64,000 nt of DNA from Escherichia phage vB_EcoM_NBG2. The translations under genes were made by a program, and so were the position numbers. The stretch lies in the sequence record NC_054925.1; one strand, 5' to 3'. Within the stretch, counting starts at the first letter, position 1. Every line of letters starts with the position of its first letter. The notes beneath the pieces were generated by a model. It was not told where the DNA came from, did not search any database, and saw only the letters and a program-made list of their open reading frames with translations. Shown one piece after another: positions 1 through 9,762 of this stretch.

Positions 1-74
1 TTCCTTTTAATGTATCTTTTAGACCATTCTATCATATCATCATAATCTAAAAAGTATTCATCAAATTCAGCCAT
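1..74 (-). CDS. hypothetical protein, partial (N-terminus in window, runs past window start)
   Basis: ATG at 74..72 opens frame MAEFDEYFLDYDDMIEWSKRYIKR that stays open to position 1; weak SD; same orientation as flanking early genes. Confidence 0.25.
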   Translation of the reverse strand, partial: MAEFDEYFLDYDDMIEWSKRYIKR

Positions 75-177
75 GCAAACAACGCCTTGTGCTGCTTTTG
101 ATGTGATATAAATTATTCCAACATATCTAGAATCTTCTTCGGTGTAATCAATATTTGCTATGAATTCATCGTTAATG

Positions 178-441
178 TCAAATGTCGAAAACTTCACAGT
201 ATGCATCCTTAATACAAGATACAGCCATATCTTGTAATGATTTAGGTGTGTCATTATCTAAAATGTTGAAGTTAAAAGATACAGCCCAATCTGTACAGAC
301 CGTAACCTTTTTAATACAATTATCTTCAACCTCTAGCGGTTCAAACCAGTATTCAATAGTTTCTTTATGCCCAATATCATCTTTTACTTCGCATTCAAAA
401 TGCTGACTCATCATAACATTTTTAAATTCATCAAAAGTCAT
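178..441 (-). CDS. hypothetical protein (87 aa)
   Basis: ORF track; stop abuts gene 47 start region; no recognisable motif. Confidence 0.5.
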   Translation of the reverse strand: MTFDEFKNVMMSQHFECEVKDDIGHKETIEYWFEPLEVEDNCIKKVTVCTDWAVSFNFNILDNDTPKSLQDMAVSCIKDAYCEVFDI

Positions 442-1457
442 TGTGTTGCCTCTACATATAACTGATTTGCATATTGAATAAGTGCTTCACGGTCAGAATC
501 AGTGATGTCTGGAATTGCATTAATGTATTCTTCCATCAATGTCTGAAGCGATTGAACTTCAACTTCTTCACTGTCATCTGACTCGACAGAGTTATCAATC
601 TTTGACACAACTCGTAATGAATGCACAACTTTTTCTAGTTCAGATTCGAACTTCGTTAGATTTTTGTCTACTTCAGTTACTATAACACGTACTGATAGAT
701 TTGTAAAATCTTTATAGTCAATTTTTCCTTTAAATGGATAATGAATTCTACGATGCCAGGTAGTATTGTTTGGAATAAATTCCATTCGTTCTGTTTCTGT
801 ATCAAACATCCAGAACCCACGAGGGTCATTCTCGTCACCTGCAGTTAGTGTCCATGGTGTCCCAATATATCTGACGTTTGCAGCCTCAGAAATAGTATGG
901 AAGTGACCAGACCACACTTCTTTATAAGTCTTAAGGAAATCGGGTTCAAGACCGTGAGATTTCATTCCTTTATAAAAATAAAATCCATTCAGTTCCCAGT
1001 GACCAACACAAAAAGAAGCAGATGAAGTTTTGATGTGTTCAAGAATTTCACCAGTGTTTTCTTCACACATCCAAGGAATCAAATCAATCAAACACCCGTC
1101 AAACTCTACTGTAGTAGGCTTATCATATACTTTAACATTAGGATATTTAGCCAAAAGCTCAGTAGAGGCATTTGGATGCATTACATTTTTATAGTGGAGA
1201 TCGTGATTTCCTACAATAGTGTGTAATGTAATTCCAGCATCATCAAGCGTTTGAACTATTTCACGGGCAAACTCCATAGTTTTATGTGTGATCGCTTTTC
1301 TCACATCAAAAATATCACCATATTGAATCCAGGTAGTAATTCCATTTTTCTTAGAATATTCTATTGCTTGTTTAATTCCATCAATTTGAATACCGCGAAT
1401 CCACTCATCATCAGCTTTAACGCCTAAATGCCAATCACCCAAGTTTAGTATTTTCAT
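438..1457 (-). CDS. 47: recombination endonuclease subunit gp47 (Mre11-like phosphoesterase)
   Basis: 339 aa; calcineurin-type phosphoesterase motifs (GDWHLG, GDIFD, GNHD, GHWE, GHFH); length matches T4 gp47. Confidence 0.93.
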   Translation of the reverse strand: MKILNLGDWHLGVKADDEWIRGIQIDGIKQAIEYSKKNGITTWIQYGDIFDVRKAITHKTMEFAREIVQTLDDAGITLHTIVGNHDLHYKNVMHPNASTELLAKYPNVKVYDKPTTVEFDGCLIDLIPWMCEENTGEILEHIKTSSASFCVGHWELNGFYFYKGMKSHGLEPDFLKTYKEVWSGHFHTISEAANVRYIGTPWTLTAGDENDPRGFWMFDTETERMEFIPNNTTWHRRIHYPFKGKIDYKDFTNLSVRVIVTEVDKNLTKFESELEKVVHSLRVVSKIDNSVESDDSEEVEVQSLQTLMEEYINAIPDITDSDREALIQYANQLYVEATQ

Positions 1458-2058
1458 GGTGTCTTTTCCATCCTAATTTAGCTGCTTTTGAAACTAGTTC
1501 TTTAATTTTTCCTTTTGTCCATTCAGGACCAGGAGGTTCATGACATAACATTTGCTTAACTCCGTTATTATACCATTTTTTACCTTTATTATGTGATGAA
1601 GCTTTAAATTTATTTGACCTTCCTTTTACATAACCTTCTGGAATATAAGGCAAAAAGGCAGATTTTCCTGTTAATGGATCATGTGAATGTATATTTCCTT
1701 TACAATTATGAGAACCATATAATGGATGATTTTGTCCTTTATTATCTCTTCCAAATGAACCTTTTGGAGCAGCATATGACATATTAAAGAATAATGGATT
1801 TTTAACTGCATCATGCAATCGTTGATAATATAACTCGCATTTAATAGCTTCTTCACGCGTATCAAATTTAGCTAAAATGCATGAATCAAATAAGTGAGGA
1901 TTATCTGAAAGCTCTTTATTATAAATTTTCTTATACTTTTTAGATAAAACTGAACCATGATATCCAGCTAAATGCCTATCTAAAGACGTAGATCCAATAT
2001 AAAAAGGAGGAAGTTTATCTCCACTATATATTGTTAAATAAGTTATATATTTTTTCAT
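1435..2058 (-). CDS. putative GIY-YIG family endonuclease-like protein (free-standing, Seg-like)
   Basis: 207 aa; N-terminal YLTIYSGDK..FYIGSTS then R, E and N at GIY-YIG-like spacing; basic Gly/His/Lys-rich C-terminal half; overlaps gene 47 start by 23 nt. Confidence 0.55.
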   Translation of the reverse strand: MKKYITYLTIYSGDKLPPFYIGSTSLDRHLAGYHGSVLSKKYKKIYNKELSDNPHLFDSCILAKFDTREEAIKCELYYQRLHDAVKNPLFFNMSYAAPKGSFGRDNKGQNHPLYGSHNCKGNIHSHDPLTGKSAFLPYIPEGYVKGRSNKFKASSHNKGKKWYNNGVKQMLCHEPPGPEWTKGKIKELVSKAAKLGWKRHHENTKLG

Positions 2059-2234
2059 ATATCAAGAACCGTCATTGAAATGCAAAATAAAATTATTGAA
2101 ATAAACCCATCTGGTGTGCTAAAGAACCCAATCCAACATGCTCTAGTGAATAGATAAAATGCAAGAAAAAGTATCACATATCCAAGAAATATCATTATAT
2201 CAAACTCCGCATAAAGCTAAAGGGCCGAAGCCCT

Positions 2235-3437
2235 TTATTTTGTAATAATGTCAAACTGTTCTTTAAAACAGAAGCTTGAATCTTGGTGCTGATACAAAAA
2301 TTCATATGCTTTTTCTCGCTCACGGTCATAAAGAGCTCGGTCAGATGACAGTTCTTTAATACGTTCAAACGTTGATTCCATATCATTTTCATCAAACCAA
2401 ATGATACCGCTATCATGCGAGGTCAAAGGAGTATTATCAACACGGAATTTTAAATTTTCGCCAGTAGATTTCCAAAATACCGGAATTGTTCCACATGCAC
2501 CAAGCTCGAGATGAGTATATTCTAAAGAACGTTGTAGATATTTTTTGTCCAACTTACTCAGCTGATAACCAAATCCGGATTTACTCATGCGTTCAAGCAT
2601 TTCGCTATTTACATAACGATCAAGAATTTGCGTTGGCAAATTAGGAGCAATTTTAATTTGGTCTACTTGATGAAGACGATAATACTCGTATGGAATTCCT
2701 TTTTCTTTAATAGGAATGAACGCTGGAGAACGTTCCAGACCTTCCATAATAGTACTTAGTCCTGCAGGTTTAAGATGTTTTTCATGAAAATCAAACATCT
2801 GATAAAAACCTTTCCATGTAGTCGTACGACCAATCCAACGGTTAACATTCATGTTAATTTCAGAAACATCTTTCCAGTAGGTTGACCGAACCTTCGCAAT
2901 ATCCATAGGAGGCTGAAAGTTATATACTGTCGGTGCTTCTTCAATATCATCAAACAGAGAAACAGTTTCTGGATACCATTCTTTCATCAGAACTTTATTA
3001 AAATCACCATTATCAGAATGACTAAAAATAACATCAGCTCGACGAACAGTTTCTTCTAATCCCAAATTTCGACGCAAAGAAAGAGAAGAATGGTCATGTT
3101 GATAAACTACAACACGAACAGAAGGTTTAATGTTATCAATAATTTTTTTATAGTTATTAATAGTGTCTTCTTCAACCGAAGTAGCAGGAACTGAATTGAT
3201 AATTAGAATATCACAATCATTTACCAGCTTAAGTGTTTTATCATATTCTTTTGCCAATAAAACCGGAATTGAAAATGATTTATAATCATGCGCGCAATTA
3301 CGAGTAAATGATTTATCTTTAGCATAAACCAAAGTTACTTCATGACCATTCTTAATAAACCAATCACGTTGCTCAAGAGAAAATTTAGTTACACCACAAC
3401 CTTCAAGACCTCGAGCCATAAAAATACATACTTTCAT
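2235..3437 (-). CDS. a-gt: DNA alpha-glucosyltransferase
   Basis: 400 aa; near-identical over its length to T4 alpha-glucosyltransferase as recalled. Confidence 0.93.
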   Translation of the reverse strand: MKVCIFMARGLEGCGVTKFSLEQRDWFIKNGHEVTLVYAKDKSFTRNCAHDYKSFSIPVLLAKEYDKTLKLVNDCDILIINSVPATSVEEDTINNYKKIIDNIKPSVRVVVYQHDHSSLSLRRNLGLEETVRRADVIFSHSDNGDFNKVLMKEWYPETVSLFDDIEEAPTVYNFQPPMDIAKVRSTYWKDVSEINMNVNRWIGRTTTWKGFYQMFDFHEKHLKPAGLSTIMEGLERSPAFIPIKEKGIPYEYYRLHQVDQIKIAPNLPTQILDRYVNSEMLERMSKSGFGYQLSKLDKKYLQRSLEYTHLELGACGTIPVFWKSTGENLKFRVDNTPLTSHDSGIIWFDENDMESTFERIKELSSDRALYDREREKAYEFLYQHQDSSFCFKEQFDIITK

Positions 3438-3461
3438 TTAATATCCTCTTTGTTTTGGTTT

Positions 3462-3488
3462 ATTTTACCAAAAATTTATAAAGCAATA
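3462..3488 (-). promoter_or_regulatory. candidate middle (MotA-dependent) promoter upstream of a-gt
   Basis: On minus strand tatTGCTTTA (MotA-box-like) then about 11 nt then TAAAAT. Confidence 0.4.
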
Positions 3489-3503
3489 TAGGAGCCGAAG
3501 CTC

Positions 3504-3620
3504 CTATCCACATAATACGCCATACAGAGGCTCGTTAGAACTTTTAAATTTTATGCGCTTATATTTTATAGTTCCTTCTGCTTTAGCTTTATCATGAGAC
3601 GCTTTAAAGAGTCTCATCAT
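3504..3620 (-). CDS. small basic ORF (38 aa), below ORF-track cutoff
   Basis: ATGATG preceded by AAAGAGGAA SD; frame MMRLFKASHDKAKAEGTIKYKRIKFKSSNEPLYGVLCG; followed by UUCG hairpin. Confidence 0.35.
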   Translation of the reverse strand: MMRLFKASHDKAKAEGTIKYKRIKFKSSNEPLYGVLCG

Positions 3621-3680
3621 TTCCTCTTTAGAGGAACGAATTTTATTATAATCTATTTCAGAAGTCTGGGTGTTCATCTT

Positions 3681-3887
3681 TCATAACTGCCACCATTTTT
3701 TGACTTGATAAGAATCAACCCACACTTTCATATTAGGGTCTGCTCTTACAATAGGAGGATTAACTTCTTTAATTGAACTATCATGGTATTCTTTTTCAGA
3801 AATTTTCACACAAAGATGACCATTCAAAGATTCAGTAAATCCTGCATTAATTTTAAGACGCTTGAATTTTACGTGTGTAAGCATCAA
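3681..3887 (-). CDS. hypothetical protein (68 aa)
   Basis: ORF track; early-gene orientation. Confidence 0.4.
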   Translation of the reverse strand: MMLTHVKFKRLKINAGFTESLNGHLCVKISEKEYHDSSIKEVNPPIVRADPNMKVWVDSYQVKKWWQL

Positions 3888-4170
3888 TCATATCCTCAAT
3901 TTGCGATCTAGTAGTCTTCCAAAGAATACTGATGAGTTCATCGTTATATGGCTGTTTTAGAATATCCCGACTTTTCTTGATAGCATATTCGTATTGAGCA
4001 AAATTATTGTTTTCAGCTGCAATCTGAGCGTGCTTATAAAGACGATTCAGTTCGCGTTTGTTTTTAGACAATAACTTATTTGCTTTTCTTTCTGCTTCAA
4101 GACGGTTCTTTTCTTCAATAGAAGAAATAAGCTTTTCCACTTCATCATTAATTTCGGGTTTATCAGTCAT
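3853..4170 (-). CDS. hypothetical coiled-coil protein (105 aa)
   Basis: ORF track; charged helical sequence. Confidence 0.45.
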   Translation of the reverse strand: MTDKPEINDEVEKLISSIEEKNRLEAERKANKLLSKNKRELNRLYKHAQIAAENNNFAQYEYAIKKSRDILKQPYNDELISILWKTTRSQIEDMIDAYTRKIQAS

Positions 4171-4171
4171 A

Positions 4172-4390
4172 TTATTTCTCTAATATAAAATAAAAATCAT
4201 CATCTGTTAAATGATACCTGTAATTTAATTCTACACCATTAGATTTAAAAGCGGTATCATACGGATTTTCTGGATCAATATCAATGTCAAGAGCTAAAAC
4301 TTCCCTGAGATACATTTTAAGTAAATAGGGAATAGCTTCAACTTCAGGTATTTCTTCCAAGAATCCGGAGAGGTTAATCGTTAGCCTCAT
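4172..4390 (-). CDS. hypothetical protein (72 aa)
   Basis: ORF track; overlaps gene 55 stop by 17 nt. Confidence 0.45.
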
Positions 4391-4931
4391 ATAAAAAATC
4401 CAAACTAGGAGAATCGTCTACAACACTTTTCTTTTCAGCCCCCGGTGTTCTATAGGTTGATTCTTCGTAATGCGTCATTTTATCGTAGATGTCTTGAATA
4501 AAAGTTTCATCTACTAACGCAACCATATCGTCGTCACGGCTGTCATAGACATTGTGAACGAAGTAACTGTATTTCTTTGCAACTTCCTTACGTTCTTTTT
4601 TAATACGTTGGACGAATGCATTAAAACAAGCTTGAGTTATATATGCATGCGGGTTTTTATATTTCGTTTCATCAAAATTGTGAAGCCCCTTAATAGAAGC
4701 TTCTATACCATCTGCAATCATTTCTTGTTTCCAAGACTGGGTGTATCCTGAAAAGTTGAAACGTTTAGATAAGCCTTCTGCAATAAGCATAATGGCTAAT
4801 CCGATAGTATCATTCTGACGAACTACTTTATTTGGGTCTTTATTATTTGCTAATTCTGTTTTCCAATCAATAATAGCTTGTAAAAGCTCTTTATTGTTTA
4901 CGTAATTATATTTAGGCTTAGTTTCTGACAT
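4374..4931 (-). CDS. 55: late-transcription sigma factor gp55
   Basis: Start moved to second Met ([17 protein letters not shown]) with AAGAGGTGA SD; 185 aa as in T4 gp55. Confidence 0.9.
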
Positions 4932-5009
4932 TTTCACCTCTTAGCTCAATTCATAGATCTATTATATCATAATATTTGAAGATCTATCTTAAAGCATAGA
5001 GGATATCAG

Positions 5010-5279
5010 TTATCTAAGTAAACAGTATGCTTGGAATACTTTCTCCATCATCTTTTTAAATTCATGAATATCTATGTAATGACTAGTTAAATCAGCATGA
5101 TATAAAAAGTCTAAAAACTTTTCATGTGTGCTAACATATTCGCTTTCATTTAATTCAGAAACATGGCTTTCCCAATATCCAACACCAGTCTTATTTGGGA
5201 AAAATGAAATTTTCATATATTGGTCAACATAGAAAATTCCATAATTTTCAATAGTAATAGAAATATTAATAAATTTCAT
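5010..5279 (-). CDS. hypothetical protein (89 aa)
   Basis: ORF track. Confidence 0.45.
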   Translation of the reverse strand: MKFINISITIENYGIFYVDQYMKISFFPNKTGVGYWESHVSELNESEYVSTHEKFLDFLYHADLTSHYIDIHEFKKMMEKVFQAYCLLR

Positions 5280-5491
5280 ACATTCATCAACTTAGCCGCT
5301 TCGAGAGCTGCATCTAGTGAATCAAATTGATCGACATATTCAATTAATTCGCCATAATTAGCATATAACCACCATTGGCTAAATTCATACTCAAGGATAA
5401 ATCCATTTCCTTCAATTTGAGTTAAACCAATACCGTTTGTATTTACTTCATATCCGGCAAGACGTAAATCGTTAATAAGAGCTTCATTCAT
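5276..5491 (-). CDS. hypothetical protein (71 aa)
   Basis: ORF track; 4-nt overlap with downstream gene. Confidence 0.45.
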   Translation of the reverse strand: MNEALINDLRLAGYEVNTNGIGLTQIEGNGFILEYEFSQWWLYANYGELIEYVDQFDSLDAALEAAKLMNV

Positions 5492-5493
5492 AA

Positions 5494-5820
5494 TTATACC
5501 TTAGTAATTTTCAGGTCAGCAAATTTTTTCTTGCGTTGATTTTTCATACGACGAATAGTTTTATCAGAAATTTCATGCTTCTGATAAGCTTTAGATTCTA
5601 CACCAAAAGCTTTAACATCAAATTCTGACAAGATATATTGAACCAACAATTCACGGACAGTATTTCGTCCAATTTTCTGATCATTCTGTTTCATCATCTG
5701 ATGAAGCTCTTTTTCCCATTTATCCAAAATTTGAGGAGTTACAATATCGCCTTTTTCTAGCAAAGAAACTACTTTATCATATGCGTAAGAATTGATGGCG
5801 TTTTTAATTTGAATAGTCAT
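5494..5820 (-). CDS. hypothetical protein (108 aa)
   Basis: ORF track. Confidence 0.45.
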   Translation of the reverse strand: MTIQIKNAINSYAYDKVVSLLEKGDIVTPQILDKWEKELHQMMKQNDQKIGRNTVRELLVQYILSEFDVKAFGVESKAYQKHEISDKTIRRMKNQRKKKFADLKITKV

Positions 5821-5854
5821 ACATTATCCTCAATTACATTAAAATTTTATTATC

Positions 5855-5878
5855 CAAAAAGGGCCGAAGCCCTTAGCT
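5855..5878 (-). terminator. intrinsic terminator-like hairpin (UUCG tetraloop) plus T-run
   Basis: Minus strand AAGGGC-TTCG-GCCCTT followed by TTTTGG. Confidence 0.5.
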
Positions 5879-6073
5879 AAACTGTTTGGCACCCTTCCAG
5901 CCTTCGTACATCATTGCAGCTGATATTAATATTGCTCCTGCGCATTTTGAGTATTTGTGATTCCAAAACCAGTTCAGAAAAACTTCGTCATCAATACCTT
6001 GGGCTATCATATTTTCAAAGAACTGACGACGAGCTTCGGCAATTCGTTGCGATAATTTAGATTCAGGATTCAT
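5873..6073 (-). CDS. hypothetical protein (66 aa)
   Basis: ORF track; followed by hairpin plus T-run. Confidence 0.4.
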   Translation of the reverse strand: MNPESKLSQRIAEARRQFFENMIAQGIDDEVFLNWFWNHKYSKCAGAILISAAMMYEGWKGAKQFS

Positions 6074-6205
6074 TTAAATTTTCCAGTTACCGTTTTCATC
6101 AATAAATTTAATCCAGTCATTTACTGACCACTTGGTCGTATCGCCTTTTGGAGCAACATTTAAAGTGTATAATCCTTGTTTAAAAAGCATGCGTTTGATA
6201 TTCAT
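6074..6205 (-). CDS. hypothetical small protein (43 aa, start revised)
   Basis: Internal Met MNIKRMLFKQ with GAGGAAA SD removes overlap with upstream ORF. Confidence 0.35.
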   Translation of the reverse strand: MNIKRMLFKQGLYTLNVAPKGDTTKWSVNDWIKFIDENGNWKI

Positions 6206-6212
6206 ATTTTCC

Positions 6213-6506
6213 TCAGCTATAACGATAACACTCGTTTGATTTGCGCTTAGCAACTCGTTGAGAAGTATTGTAATCAAAATCATCGTCAATGTAAACTGAT
6301 TTTTTCAACTTTCTTACTTCACTACGTAATTGACGATTTAGCTCATCTTTAACTTCTGAATCAATGCCTTTCATTCTACGCCATTTATCAGAGCGAAAAA
6401 TGTTTTCAACCATATCTTTATGACTTACACCATCAGGAGCTTTACGCTTTCCGAAATAGTCATAATCACGTACTTTTAAATCTTTACGACGATACGTTTT
6501 ACCCAT
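6213..6506 (-). CDS. hypothetical basic protein (97 aa, start revised)
   Basis: Start at MGKTYRR, coupled to upstream stop (ATGGGTAA). Confidence 0.4.
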   Translation of the reverse strand: MGKTYRRKDLKVRDYDYFGKRKAPDGVSHKDMVENIFRSDKWRRMKGIDSEVKDELNRQLRSEVRKLKKSVYIDDDFDYNTSQRVAKRKSNECYRYS

Positions 6507-6681
6507 GGAGTTTAATTTCCTTAGCAACTGAACTAAATACAGCACGATCACAAATCATCTGTTTATGTAACTTGAGTATAAGATAATAAACTTCAAAACC
6601 GTTTACATAAGTAACACGAACAACATTACCATTAATAAAATAATATTGTCCCTTTTTAATCTCTTTATCAACCACAACCAT
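6499..6681 (-). CDS. hypothetical protein (60 aa)
   Basis: ORF track; early promoter immediately upstream. Confidence 0.4.
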   Translation of the reverse strand: MVVVDKEIKKGQYYFINGNVVRVTYVNGFEVYYLILKLHKQMICDRAVFSSVAKEIKLHG

Positions 6682-6702
6682 ATCAAATCCTCAAAGGCAA
6701 TT

Positions 6703-6745
6703 CATATGTTAATAATACCACAGTTTGAACTTGTTGTAAACAACT
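6703..6745 (-). promoter_or_regulatory. early promoter
   Basis: Minus strand GTTTAC (6741..6736), 15-nt spacer, TGGTATTAT (6720..6712). Confidence 0.5.
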
Positions 6746-6838
6746 TTGTGAAATTATTTTAGGGAATGATAAGAAGGGAACGATAGCTTAGAATGGTAAT
6801 ATACAGAATGTGAGAAAGAAAGGCCCAGAGGGCCCGTC

Positions 6839-7147
6839 TTAGTCTTCTATGATATCTCTATCATATCCAAGTGAAATGAGAGTTTCTTTGAAGTGTTTAA
6901 TGTTCTTTTGTCTAGAATCATTAATGAAAATGACTGGATAACGAATGTTAAGAGATGTGAATCCAGCGCGTTTAGCAAGAGATACAATCAGTGGACGATC
7001 ATACTCAATCTTACCATTATTTGTAAGAACTTTATAGAAAGTAAAAGGAGCATTGAGCTCCTTTAGAAGTTTTGTAACTGATTGACATCCAGGACAACGA
7101 CCTACTTCATCTGGAATTCCATAGACTTCAATCTTGTTTTGTTTCAC
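6839..7147 (-). CDS. nrdH: glutaredoxin-like redoxin (NrdH-type)
   Basis: 102 aa; CPGC redox motif near N-terminus; sits just upstream of nrdG/nrdD. Confidence 0.7.
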   Translation of the reverse strand: MKQNKIEVYGIPDEVGRCPGCQSVTKLLKELNAPFTFYKVLTNNGKIEYDRPLIVSLAKRAGFTSLNIRYPVIFINDSRQKNIKHFKETLISLGYDRDIIED

Positions 7148-7149
7148 AA

Positions 7150-7362
7150 CTATTCCTTACTAAGAGCAGCATTCAGCTTGTTAGTAATTTTATCCAGACG
7201 CTCATTGAATTCGCTAGAAGATAAGCCTTTTTCTGGAGAAATCAAACTAATCACGAAAAATATAGCAATAAAAGGAATAAGGAAAATAGCTCCAACTGCC
7301 ATAAACAGAAAGAATGTTACAGTTGTAAGAAAATCAGCTAAACCTTTACGAAATTTATACAT
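7150..7362 (-). CDS. small membrane protein (70 aa)
   Basis: One long hydrophobic helix (FFLFMAVGAIFLIPFIAIFFVISLI). Confidence 0.45.
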   Translation of the reverse strand: MYKFRKGLADFLTTVTFFLFMAVGAIFLIPFIAIFFVISLISPEKGLSSSEFNERLDKITNKLNAALSKE

Positions 7363-7477
7363 ATTTTACCCTTAATTGATTAACCAAGCATTGATAAGCA
7401 CTAAACTATACTGCGAATAAAATTCTGGACCAAAATGAAAAATCATATCATTTATAGTATCCATAATGTAATTCAAT

Positions 7478-7948
7478 TTAATCATGTGTCCACACCCCAT
7501 CGGTATTTGACCAAAGTCGCTGATTATCTGATCCTCGCCACAGCTTTTTGGTCGGAAGATTTTTCTCATACTTCCCATCAATAATAACATCAACATATTT
7601 AAGCATTTCTAGTTGTTTAATATCTTCAAACTTATATCCTGTCCACAACCAAATGCTTTTATTCGGATAAAGATTTTTTACTGTTTGAACAATGCAATGA
7701 ACAACATCTCGGTTATCAGGATAAAGAGGGTCTCCTCCAGTTATAGTTAATCCTTCTATATAATCATTATTCAAACATTCAATTAATTGTTCTAGCGTTT
7801 CACCAGTGAATGGAACGCCATTTCTAGCATTCCATGTTGATTTATTATAACACCCTTCACATTTATGCAAACAACCTGTAACGAAAAGAACGACCCTGCA
7901 TCCAGGGCCATTCACAAAATCGCAGGGATAAAATCTATCGTAATTCAT
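7478..7948 (-). CDS. nrdG: anaerobic ribonucleotide reductase activating protein (radical SAM)
   Basis: 156 aa; Cys cluster GCLHKCEGCYN; 4-nt overlap with nrdD. Confidence 0.9.
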   Translation of the reverse strand: MNYDRFYPCDFVNGPGCRVVLFVTGCLHKCEGCYNKSTWNARNGVPFTGETLEQLIECLNNDYIEGLTITGGDPLYPDNRDVVHCIVQTVKNLYPNKSIWLWTGYKFEDIKQLEMLKYVDVIIDGKYEKNLPTKKLWRGSDNQRLWSNTDGVWTHD

Positions 7949-9762
7949 TGGTGTTTAACCCTATGCATGATTTCTTTATTTTTTCCAAGATTAAATCCGC
8001 GTTCATTCGGATTTCCCAAATAACCACAAGTTCTTCTTATGGTGTTCATCTTTTTAGGATCAGTTTCTCCACAAATAGAACAAACAAATCCGTTTTCAGT
8101 AGGAGTCATTTCATGGGTACTTCCGCATGTAAAACATTTATCTACTGGCATATTAACACCAAAATAATCTAAATGTTGTGCAGCATAATCCCATACAGCC
8201 TCAAGACCTTTTAGGTTATTTTTCATATCAGGAAGTTCAACATAAGAAATGTGACCACCTGTCGCAATGAAATGATACGGTGCTTCGCGAGAAATCTTTT
8301 CAAACGGAGTAATATTTTCTTCTACTGAAACGTGGAAACTGTTAGTGTACCAGCCTTTATCGGTAACATCTTTTACACTTCCATATTTTTCGGTATCAAG
8401 TTTACAGAAGCGATAGCACAGATTTTCAGCAGGAGTAGAATACAAACTAAAAGCAAAACCAGTTCTTTCAGTCCACTGCTTAAGATGAGTATTCATTTTA
8501 GTTAAAATTTCCTGTCCAATATCACGACCGACAAGAATATTCAATTCGTGAATACCAATGTATCCTAGGGATACTGAACTTCTACCGTTTTTAAATAACT
8601 CAATTATATCGTCATCAGGTTTAAGACGGACCCCGAATGCACCTTCTTGGTAAAGAATAGGAGCAACAGTAGCTTTAACTCCTTTTAAGGAACTAATTCT
8701 ACACAGCAAAGCTTCAAAACATAAATCCATTCGTTCATTGAACAATTCGGCAAATTTCTGTTCATTGAACTGTGTTCCAATATAAGAATCTAATGCAATA
8801 CGAGGAAGATTCAGTGTTACAACGCCAAGATTATTACGTCCATCAAGAATTTCACTACCAGTCGAATCTTTCCATACACCCAAGAAACTACGGCAACCCA
8901 TTGGAGAAACAGGAATAGATGAACCTGTGATAGCTTTATTGTTCTTAGCCGAAATGATGTCAGGATACATTCTTTTGCTTGCACACTCTAGAGCAAGCTG
9001 CTTAATATCATAGTTCGGGTCGTCTTTATAAAGATTAACACCTTCTTCAACGAACATAACAAGCTTAGGGAAAATAGGAGTTATCCCATCACGACCGAGA
9101 CCTTTAATACGATTTTTCAGAATTGCTTTCTGAATCATTCGTTCAGTCCAGTCAGTTCCCGTGCCAAATGTAATTGTTACAAAAGGCGTTTGTCCGTTTG
9201 AACTAAAGAGAGTATTTACTTCATATTCATAAGCTTGGAATGCATCGTATACATCTTTTTCTGTTTTAGATTGAGCATAATTTAACGCATCAGCGATTTG
9301 CCATTTTTCTGCATCCTCAATATGTTTTGCATAGGTGCGTTTAACATAAGGAGAAAGTACTTTATCTACATTAGCAAAAGTCGTTCCGCCATATTGATGG
9401 GAAGCAACTTGCGCAGTAATTTGTGCCATAATTGCAGTAGCAACGCCAATTGATTTAGGAGTTTCAATCTGCGCATTACCAAGCTTAAATCCGTTCTCAA
9501 GCATTCCTTTTAAATCTACTAAACAGCAATTAGTAAATGGAAGAGCAGGGGAATAATCAATATCATGAAAATGAATAATTCCGCTTTCATGCGCTTTCAT
9601 AATAAAAGACGGGACCATATTTTTGGCAATGTGTTTAGACACAATACCAGCCATAAGGTCCCGTTGAGTTGGAAAAACACGAGAATCTTTATTAGCATTC
9701 TCGTTTAAAAGGTCTTTATTAGTTTTATGAATCAATCCTTCAATTTCTTTTTCAATTGTCAT
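7945..9762 (-). CDS. nrdD: anaerobic ribonucleoside-triphosphate reductase (class III), uninterrupted
   Basis: 605 aa continuous ORF; C-terminal glycyl-radical motif RRTCGYLG and Cys-rich zinc site. Confidence 0.93.
   Translation of the reverse strand: MTIEKEIEGLIHKTNKDLLNENANKDSRVFPTQRDLMAGIVSKHIAKNMVPSFIMKAHESGIIHFHDIDYSPALPFTNCCLVDLKGMLENGFKLGNAQIETPKSIGVATAIMAQITAQVASHQYGGTTFANVDKVLSPYVKRTYAKHIEDAEKWQIADALNYAQSKTEKDVYDAFQAYEYEVNTLFSSNGQTPFVTITFGTGTDWTERMIQKAILKNRIKGLGRDGITPIFPKLVMFVEEGVNLYKDDPNYDIKQLALECASKRMYPDIISAKNNKAITGSSIPVSPMGCRSFLGVWKDSTGSEILDGRNNLGVVTLNLPRIALDSYIGTQFNEQKFAELFNERMDLCFEALLCRISSLKGVKATVAPILYQEGAFGVRLKPDDDIIELFKNGRSSVSLGYIGIHELNILVGRDIGQEILTKMNTHLKQWTERTGFAFSLYSTPAENLCYRFCKLDTEKYGSVKDVTDKGWYTNSFHVSVEENITPFEKISREAPYHFIATGGHISYVELPDMKNNLKGLEAVWDYAAQHLDYFGVNMPVDKCFTCGSTHEMTPTENGFVCSICGETDPKKMNTIRRTCGYLGNPNERGFNLGKNKEIMHRVKHQ

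Noticed and set aside
7372-7596. Minus-strand ORF of 74 aa overlapping the 3' end of nrdG
   Set aside because: Overlaps 119 nt of nrdG in another frame; no independent translation signals.
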